Positions 57,915 to 64,000 of a stretch of 64,000 bases of DNA are shown in pieces. The stretch is from an uncultured Planctomycetaceae bacterium. Lineage in GTDB: Bacteria > Planctomycetota > Phycisphaerae > SM23-33. Positions within the stretch are counted from its first letter, which is position 1; each line of letters starts with the position of its first letter. A program made the translations under genes and the position numbers. The notes beneath the pieces are model-generated. The model ran no database searches, was not told the origin of the DNA, and saw nothing but the letters and a program-made list of their open reading frames with translations. Location: the NCBI GenBank assembly GCA_964472875.1, contig CAYYMD010000008.1, forward strand, positions 2,414 to 66,413, written 5' to 3'.

Positions 57915-58412
57915 TTAGCCCTCGCCGCCGCGATATCGCCGCCGCGTTTGCTTTGGCAAATCAGGCGTAACCATCCACGCCAGCCGCCATGCGCCCTCGT
58001 CGTCCTGTTCCAGGCAGACTATGCCGCCCTTTTGAAACGCCACCACATCCGCGCCTTCCCGGCCGGTGATAAGCAACGAGGCCAGTTTGTTCAGAAAAGG
58101 CAGATGGCCGACGATCATTACGTCGCGTCGGCGGGAGTTAATTTCCTTCTGCACCGGGTCCGGGATGTCGTTGGGCTTGAGACCGTCGCGATGGGTCACA
58201 CCGTCTGTAGTGACGACACTTTCGGCCAGAATCTCGGCCGTCTGCGCCGCGCGTGTCTTGCCGCTGTGCCAGACGGCTTCCAGTTCGATATCGCGGCCGG
58301 CCAGAAAGTCGGCCATTCTTTCAACATCGTCCCGGCCCTCATCCGCGAGCGGCCGGTCGGGGTCTTCATCCTTGGATTTCGCCTTGCCGTGTTGTACCAG
58401 ATATAAACGCAT
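57915..58412 (-). CDS. sixA: Phosphohistidine phosphatase SixA (histidine phosphatase superfamily)
   Basis: MRLYLVQHGKA with the RHG-type catalytic His, 165 aa, and ...IVGHLPFL. Confidence 0.8.
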   Translation of the reverse strand: MRLYLVQHGKAKSKDEDPDRPLADEGRDDVERMADFLAGRDIELEAVWHSGKTRAAQTAEILAESVVTTDGVTHRDGLKPNDIPDPVQKEINSRRRDVMIVGHLPFLNKLASLLITGREGADVVAFQKGGIVCLEQDDEGAWRLAWMVTPDLPKQTRRRYRGGEG

Positions 58413-58635
58413 GACTAATTACCTCCACTGCTATTGCTTTGCTGCATATTGCTGCAACTCTTCTTTAATTATATCACCCCGCCTGAAATTCATTGCGCGC
58501 ACCGGCCGCCTGCGATAAAAGGGCAGTATATTTACGCTTTTACATAATTTCGCATCCCACAGCGGACAATTGCCTTGACAGTTTGTTCTGTGTGCAGATA
58601 TTTTTCATGTGGCATGTCGCGCAGGGAGCACAAAC

Positions 58636-59715
58636 ATGAATGACAAGCCGCTGACCGCAGGAGTGATAGGACTGGGCGTTCCGGGCAAATTGGTAGCCAA
58701 GGGCCTTATCGAGTGCGACATCGTTCGCCTGGCGGGCGTGGCCGACAAAGATGCTTCCGTCGCCCATAGCGTGGGAAGCGAGTGCCACGTTTCGGCCTAC
58801 GACGACAACCGCTCGCTCATCGTTGAGCAGCGGCCGGATGTTATTTTCCTTTCGGTGCCGCCGATGGATCGGGTGGACCTGGTTAACCTGTGCGCCTCCC
58901 GTGGAATCCACGTGTGGACCGACCCGCCCTTGGGCCGCAACCTCGCCGAGGCGGCCGCCATGATAAAACAGATGGACCAGGCGGGGCTGAAGCTTGCTGT
59001 GGGTCTGCACAGAAGATTCTGCCCGGGCTATCTTCAGGCCCGCCGGATGCTCGACAAATTCGGGCAGGTCTTCCTGGCAAGGGCGCACTACCTGTTCAAC
59101 TGGGGTGGGGATCTGGGCTGGCGGGGCGACAAGTCGTCGGCGGGCGGCGGAGCGCTTCTGGAACTCGGCTGCCACGTGATAGATATGGCTGTGAGCATGT
59201 TCGGCCTGCCGGAGGATGTTTACGGCGTTGTGGCCGGCGGCAACCGCCCGGACCAGACAGGCCAGCAGGAGCCGCAGAGGGTCTACGACACCGACGACAC
59301 CGCAACGGCGATCATGCGCTGCCCCGGCGGATGCACTGCCAGCGTGGTCACCAGCCGTTCGTCCGGACCGGTCAGCGAGTCACTGACTATCCACGGGCGC
59401 AAAGGGTCGATATCGGCCGATCCCAACACCTGCCTGCTGCGCGACCCGGACGGTAACATCCTGGACCGCACGGAGGAAACCATGCCGCTGGCGGAGGTTT
59501 ACGGGCAGATGGTGCACGCGTTCGCATCAGCAATTATAAACAATTCGAAGACCTACGAATGCTCCGGATGGGAATGCATGCTGCCGCTGGCGGTTATTGA
59601 GGCGGTATACCTGTCCGACCGGACATCCCAACCGGAAAATCCCGCCCGCCTTCTGAAAAACCTTGAACTCGAACCGCAGGACTGCCTTTGCTGCACACCA
59701 CCGCAAGATGATTAG
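58636..59715 (+). CDS. Gfo/Idh/MocA-family oxidoreductase (cytoplasmic, no signal peptide)
   Basis: Rossmann N-terminus LTAGVIGLGVPGKLVAKGL and C-terminal alpha/beta domain. Start at the ATG at 58636 (MNDKPL). Confidence 0.8.
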   Translation: MNDKPLTAGVIGLGVPGKLVAKGLIECDIVRLAGVADKDASVAHSVGSECHVSAYDDNRSLIVEQRPDVIFLSVPPMDRVDLVNLCASRGIHVWTDPPLGRNLAEAAAMIKQMDQAGLKLAVGLHRRFCPGYLQARRMLDKFGQVFLARAHYLFNWGGDLGWRGDKSSAGGGALLELGCHVIDMAVSMFGLPEDVYGVVAGGNRPDQTGQQEPQRVYDTDDTATAIMRCPGGCTASVVTSRSSGPVSESLTIHGRKGSISADPNTCLLRDPDGNILDRTEETMPLAEVYGQMVHAFASAIINNSKTYECSGWECMLPLAVIEAVYLSDRTSQPENPARLLKNLELEPQDCLCCTPPQDD

Positions 59716-59818
59716 TCTCAAATTAAGCGACACAGTTGGCACAATGAGGCATTTAATTATCAGGCCACTGGTTACACGAGGAAATTATTTATAATTTACA
59801 AGTTCATGGAGAATTGAT

Positions 59819-61144
59819 ATATCCGAACAGTCAACAAGACGTGGATTTCTAAAGACATCGCTTGCGGCTGCTGCCGCGCCGATGTTCGTTTCCCGTTCAG
59901 CTTTCGGTGCGAATGACCGGGTAAACATAGCGGCCGTCGGCGTTGGCTCACGCGGAGCCGGCAATGTTTTCCACAATATCGTAAGGCGCCGCAACGACGT
60001 GCAGCTGATTGCGGCCTGCGACTGTTTCAGGGACCGTCGCGAGCGATTCGCTCAACGCTGCAACAAGCACTACGGCCAAGATGTTTGCAAACCATATGTG
60101 GATTACAAGGAAGTGCTTGCTACGGACAAGGTGGATGGCATCGTCGTCTCCACGCCCGACCACTGGCATGTGCCAATCGCATATCACGCTGCTCTGGCCG
60201 GCAAAGACATGTACGTCGAGAAGCCCCTCGGCATTGCCATGGACTGGGCCGTCAAACTGCGGAAGGTCATCAATAAAAACGATGTAATCTTCCAGTATGG
60301 AACGCAGCAGCGGTCCATGCGGACAAGCCAGATTGCCATGGATCTGCTGCATAACGGTTACATCGGAAAGATAAAGCGGGTGGATGTTTGGTCGCCGCAC
60401 GGGCCGTCCAAGTGGGGCACTCAAAACACAAAGCCGGTGCCGGACGACCTGGCTTATGACCGCTGGCTTGGCCCGGCGCCCGAGAAGCCATACTGTCCGG
60501 ATCGTGTTTCCAATAGTGGCGCCTGGCATATTTATGACTATGCACTCGGCTTCATCGCCGGCTGGGGCGCACACCCGCTCGACCTGCTGCAGTGGGGCAT
60601 GCAGGCCGACCACACCAGTCCGGTCAAATACGCCGGAAAAGGCGAAATTGCCTCCGGCGGCCTGGCCGACACTACCTACAAGTGGGATGTTCGGATGGAA
60701 TACGCCGACGGCACGCCCGTTCGCTTCATGAGCCGCCAGGTCGCCCAGCCCGTTATAAAGAAATTCAACTCGCGCATCTTCAAGGGCGACGGCACGCTGT
60801 TCCACGGCGAAGACGGCTGGGTGAGCGTTTCGCGCGGCGCGTGCTATCTAAACCTCAAGGGCAAAATGGTGAACGTCAGCACGTTCAAGTTCAAGCCCGA
60901 CGATAAGCGCGTTTACAGCGGAAATTCGCAGACGGGCAACTTTATCGACTGCATGATAACACGAAAGCCGACGGTCAATCCGTTCGAGTCGGCCATCCGC
61001 GGCGATACCATCAGCCACCTGTCCGACATCGCCATCCGCACCGGAAAGGAAATACACTGGGACCCGAAAAAGGAAACCATCACCAACTGTGCGAAGGGCA
61101 AAGCCATGCTCGACCGCAAGCAGCGCGAGCCGTGGATAATGTAA
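59819..61144 (+). CDS. Gfo/Idh/MocA-family oxidoreductase with TAT signal; start codon uncertain (no canonical start upstream of the RR motif)
   Basis: In-frame upstream translation gives ISEQSTRRGFLKTSLAAAAAPMFVSRSAFG, a TAT motif. The only ATG (59882) lies after the RR motif. The frame opens at 59795 with no ATG, GTG or TTG before the RR; ATT at 59813 or ATA at 59819 follows the GGAG at 59808. Confidence 0.75.
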   Translation: MSEQSTRRGFLKTSLAAAAAPMFVSRSAFGANDRVNIAAVGVGSRGAGNVFHNIVRRRNDVQLIAACDCFRDRRERFAQRCNKHYGQDVCKPYVDYKEVLATDKVDGIVVSTPDHWHVPIAYHAALAGKDMYVEKPLGIAMDWAVKLRKVINKNDVIFQYGTQQRSMRTSQIAMDLLHNGYIGKIKRVDVWSPHGPSKWGTQNTKPVPDDLAYDRWLGPAPEKPYCPDRVSNSGAWHIYDYALGFIAGWGAHPLDLLQWGMQADHTSPVKYAGKGEIASGGLADTTYKWDVRMEYADGTPVRFMSRQVAQPVIKKFNSRIFKGDGTLFHGEDGWVSVSRGACYLNLKGKMVNVSTFKFKPDDKRVYSGNSQTGNFIDCMITRKPTVNPFESAIRGDTISHLSDIAIRTGKEIHWDPKKETITNCAKGKAMLDRKQREPWIM

Positions 61145-61147
61145 ACA

Positions 61148-61927
61148 CTACATTCTGATGTTCGCCCAGGTTTGCTTTTGCAACTCGGTCAGGCGATTGT
61201 GCTCTGTCATGTCGAAATGAAGCGGTGTAACCGTGACGTATCCGGCCGCCAGGTCCGTCACGTCGGTCTCGGTCTCGCCGGGCGCAAATTTATATTCCAT
61301 CTCGAGGCGATACCTGCGGTGCGTGTCGTTTTTCTCCTGAAGTTTGTAAACGTCCTCAACCTCGGCCTTGGACTGCGGCACCACGCGCAGGCCCCTGGGG
61401 TTGCCCTCGGCGGGGACCGGAATATTGACGTTAATCAGGTCGCCACCGACCAGGCCGATAGATATTAGTTTCTCCAGCACCTGGCGGCAGATTTTGCCGC
61501 TCTGCGCGAAATCATCATCGCTCAGTGAGCCGCCGGTGGGCACGGCCGCGGAAAACGCCACGGCCGGGCAGCCCAGCATCGCTGCCTCGGCGGCGGCCGC
61601 GACCGTGCCGGAATAGAACACGTTGATGCCCACGTTCGCCCCGGCGTTAATTCCCGACAGCACCAGGTCCGCCGGCCCGTCCAGTAGTTCTTTAATCGCC
61701 AAGCGGACGCAGTCGGCCGGCCGACCGTCCACGCTCATGGCCTCAAAGCCGCCTATGTCCAGCCGCCGCACTGTAAGAGGGTTGTGCACTGTTATGCCGT
61801 GTCCGGCGGCCGACTGCGGTGAATCCGGCGCCACAACCGTTACATCGGCCATGTCGGCCACCGCGTGCCGCAGCGCCGCAATGCCAGGGGCCAGAACGCC
61901 GTCGTCGTTGCTAATCAGTATTCGCAT
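61148..61927 (-). CDS. surE: 5'/3'-nucleotidase SurE
   Basis: MRILISNDDGVLAPGIAALRHA...DVTVVAPDSPQSAAGHGIT matches the SurE N-terminal DDG motif family. Confidence 0.9.
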   Translation of the reverse strand: MRILISNDDGVLAPGIAALRHAVADMADVTVVAPDSPQSAAGHGITVHNPLTVRRLDIGGFEAMSVDGRPADCVRLAIKELLDGPADLVLSGINAGANVGINVFYSGTVAAAAEAAMLGCPAVAFSAAVPTGGSLSDDDFAQSGKICRQVLEKLISIGLVGGDLINVNIPVPAEGNPRGLRVVPQSKAEVEDVYKLQEKNDTHRRYRLEMEYKFAPGETETDVTDLAAGYVTVTPLHFDMTEHNRLTELQKQTWANIRM

Positions 61928-61978
61928 GCGGGCAGTTTACATGTCCGTGGGTGCGGGGGCAAATTCGTATTTGTTTAA

Positions 61979-62881
61979 TCATTTGGAGGAATCGAAGAAT
62001 TGCCAGATGCGCTCGGCATGTGTGGCATAATGCGCCCCGTCATCGGCGGGTGCGCTGTCGGCCGTACGGCAGTTGGCGGCGACGACGCCGTCGTCGCGGA
62101 TGTGCTTGACCGAACCGTCACCGAACGCCACGTTAAAAACGTCGCCGTGGCACCAGTCCGCGCTGACATCCCGGGCCGCTCCATCCGGGGCGGGGGCGAA
62201 ATAATCCCGTCGCCAGAATGCATCGGCCAGCATCGCATCGGACGCAACATCGTAAACCCCGTCGCCGGCGTCGGCGGGGGCCAACAGGCGGTAACTGCGG
62301 TCAATCTCCACCTGTGGCACATCCTGATAATACTGCCCGACGCGTTCGGGCAGCCCGCCGGCCTTCATGCCGTAAATCGAAAACCCCCACGTGTTCCACA
62401 GGCCATCCGAACCGTTGAACAGATCCCGGCTGTAAGGGAAGCGGAGGCAATAGGTGCTGTACCGCCGCGTGTGATGAAAGTAACTCGCCCGTCCGTCGGC
62501 CAGGTCTGCGGCCGCAGCGGGACAAACGAGGCAGGACGGCAAAATAAGTTCCTCCCGCTCGAGCGACCACAGGTTCACGTACTCGACGCCGACGCGGCCG
62601 AACGCGCCCGGGTCTTCGGTCGGGTCAGACCCGCCCCAGTGCCCCGAAAGCGGCAGGTCGCCGAGATAGTCGCTGAAGGCGAACGGCGGCATGCGGCCGG
62701 AATGTATCCCGGCGTATGACATCGTCGCCGAGTGCACGTTACGCATCGCACCCGAGCAGCAGGCCAGCCGGGCGTAGCCGACGGCCGTCGACAGAGTGGG
62801 AACCATCACGAGCAGCAAAAGCCCGATTATTGCCACAACCGTCAGCAGTTCCACCAGCGTCATCGCCCGATTCGAAAACAT
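61979..62881 (-). CDS. DUF1559-domain protein with prepilin-like N-terminal helix (Planctomycetota-expanded family)
   Basis: N-terminus NRAMTLVELLTVVAIIGLLLL resembles a type IV prepilin methylation motif but has Ala at the usual Gly position. The C-terminal signature CHGDVFNVAFGDGSVKHI matches the DUF1559 H..G.N..F.DGSV motif. The ORF extends to 62926; the internal ATG at 62881 is preferred. Confidence 0.65.
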   Translation of the reverse strand: MFSNRAMTLVELLTVVAIIGLLLLVMVPTLSTAVGYARLACCSGAMRNVHSATMSYAGIHSGRMPPFAFSDYLGDLPLSGHWGGSDPTEDPGAFGRVGVEYVNLWSLEREELILPSCLVCPAAAADLADGRASYFHHTRRYSTYCLRFPYSRDLFNGSDGLWNTWGFSIYGMKAGGLPERVGQYYQDVPQVEIDRSYRLLAPADAGDGVYDVASDAMLADAFWRRDYFAPAPDGAARDVSADWCHGDVFNVAFGDGSVKHIRDDGVVAANCRTADSAPADDGAHYATHAERIWQFFDSSK

Positions 62882-63062
62882 GTCCACTCCCCGCGGGGTT
62901 AAATCGTGAATACATACCGTAATCACTATTCCGCGCCCTGCCGGGCGCAGCGCCGGTTATATGCCGCGCGGCGCCGTATTCGCCGCGCCACGATTTTATC
63001 TGCGCGAACCGGACAGCGGCACACGCATGATATTTGCTCGCCTCAGGCCGTCGTGCGTGGTT

Positions 63063-63989
63063 TTAGAACCACCACGCGCCGCCGGGCTTCTGGCGGAGGA
63101 TGACGCCCTTGAGGTATTCGACGGCCTTTTCGAAGCCCTCGTTCATGCTCATCAGCGAATCCTCGTGCTCGATACTCAGCACGCCGTCGTAGCCGTAGGT
63201 CCGCAGCATGGAAACGAACGGTTTCCAGAACTCGTCGCCGTGGCCGTAGCCCACCGTGCGGAAAATCCAAGAGCGGTTCTGCTCGTCGCCGTAGGACTTG
63301 ATGTCCAGGTTGCCGGTGATGCCGGAGTTGTGCGGGTCAACGGCGCAGTCCTTGGCATGGACGTGGAAGATGCACTTGTTCTCGCCGAGGTAGCGGGCCG
63401 CCTCGACCGGGTCGATGCCCTGCCAGAAGAAGTGGCTGGGGTCCAGGTTCGCCCCAAGGTTCTTGCCGGCCGCCTTGCGCAGGCGGACGATGTCCTCGGG
63501 GTTGTGCAGAACCATGCCCGGGTGCGCCTCGAAGGCGATCTTGACGCCATTCTTTGCCGCGAAGTCGTTTTCCTTTTTCCAGAACGGAATGATGACCTTC
63601 TCCCACTGGTACTTGGCCGCTTCGGCGAAGTCGTCCGGCCAGGGACAGGTCACGAAGTTCGGCGTGCGGTCGTTGGGGCCGCCGCCGGGGCAGCCGGAGA
63701 AGTTGATCACCACGGTGTTTAACTCGGCCGCCAGTTTCACGGCGTTGCGGTGCGCCTTGGCGTGTGCGTTGGCGATACGCTTGTCGGGATGGACAGGGTT
63801 GCCGTGTGCGGCGATGCCCCGGACCTTCAGGCCGTGGTCGGAAATCTTCTTCTTCAGTTCCTTGACCTTGTTCTTGCTGCTGTGGATGCCGGATAGATTC
63901 CACGGGTCGCCGGGGTAGCCGCCGGCCGGCAGTTCTATCGCATCCAGTTCCAGGCGCCGGCAGTAGTCCAGCGCGTCGTCGATTTTCAT
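63063..63989 (-). CDS. Sugar-phosphate isomerase/epimerase (xylose-isomerase-like TIM barrel); N-terminus may extend beyond the window
   Basis: AP-endonuclease-2/xylose-isomerase-like TIM-barrel pattern (LDAIELPAGG...HGLKVRGIAAHGNPVHPD...IAFEAHPGMVLHNPED). The ORF begins 11 nt from the window edge. Confidence 0.65.
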   Translation of the reverse strand: MKIDDALDYCRRLELDAIELPAGGYPGDPWNLSGIHSSKNKVKELKKKISDHGLKVRGIAAHGNPVHPDKRIANAHAKAHRNAVKLAAELNTVVINFSGCPGGGPNDRTPNFVTCPWPDDFAEAAKYQWEKVIIPFWKKENDFAAKNGVKIAFEAHPGMVLHNPEDIVRLRKAAGKNLGANLDPSHFFWQGIDPVEAARYLGENKCIFHVHAKDCAVDPHNSGITGNLDIKSYGDEQNRSWIFRTVGYGHGDEFWKPFVSMLRTYGYDGVLSIEHEDSLMSMNEGFEKAVEYLKGVILRQKPGGAWWF

Positions 63990-64000
63990 TCCGCCGAAAA

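Noticed and set aside
59737-59751. TGGCACAATGAGGCA upstream of the last TAT Gfo/Idh/MocA gene.
   Set aside because: The GG-to-GC spacing is one nucleotide short of the canonical sigma54 geometry.

Overview
High-GC (about 60%) chromosomal segment with Planctomycetota hallmarks: five Gfo/Idh/MocA oxidoreductases (four with twin-arginine signals), a HEAT+DUF1080 protein and a DUF1559 prepilin-like protein. No transposases, integrases, CRISPR arrays, tRNA or rRNA genes were recognised; this looks like core genome, not a mobile island. In order, the window holds: a partial PstS-like binding protein; a TAT Gfo/Idh/MocA oxidoreductase; an arsR-arsC-acr3 arsenic operon with a recognisable sigma70 promoter and palindromic operator; two tandem TAT Gfo/Idh/MocA paralogs plus a secreted HEAT/DUF1080 protein; a Fur-family regulator, a sigma-70 factor and rubrerythrin; and a URO-D-like gene that appears fused by a deletion scar to the C-terminal fragment of a transporter. 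Next is a nitrogen-assimilation island: ptsN, ahcY, a divergent GAF-sigma54-HTH (NifA-type) activator, then amtB-glnK-omp and glnA (each behind a perfectly spaced -24/-12 sigma54 promoter sharing an upstream palindromic motif) and gltBD. Then follow a PEP/pyruvate-binding protein with a degenerate KaiC-like N-domain, purF, an ECF sigma/anti-sigma/Spy-like trio, prmC and the rpsP-trmD-rplS-yraN ribosomal cluster. The most unusual feature is a roughly 15 kb, 14-gene minus-strand Tad/Flp pilus locus (39976-54921). It contains two CpaF/TadA ATPases (one fused to an N-terminal FHA domain), a separate FHA-transmembrane-TPR protein and a 908-aa Hanks Ser/Thr kinase with a TPR ectodomain. It lacks a recognisable secretin (CpaC/RcpA), TadZ/CpaE and TadD, which suggests phospho-threonine/FHA control of an atypical Tad machine. 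Downstream are tandem CNNM/CorC transporters, an AAMDC/Mth938-like protein, sixA, two more Gfo/Idh/MocA genes (one lacking a canonical start codon), surE, a DUF1559 protein and a partial sugar-phosphate isomerase. All calls rest on reading motifs in the supplied translations; no database search was possible.
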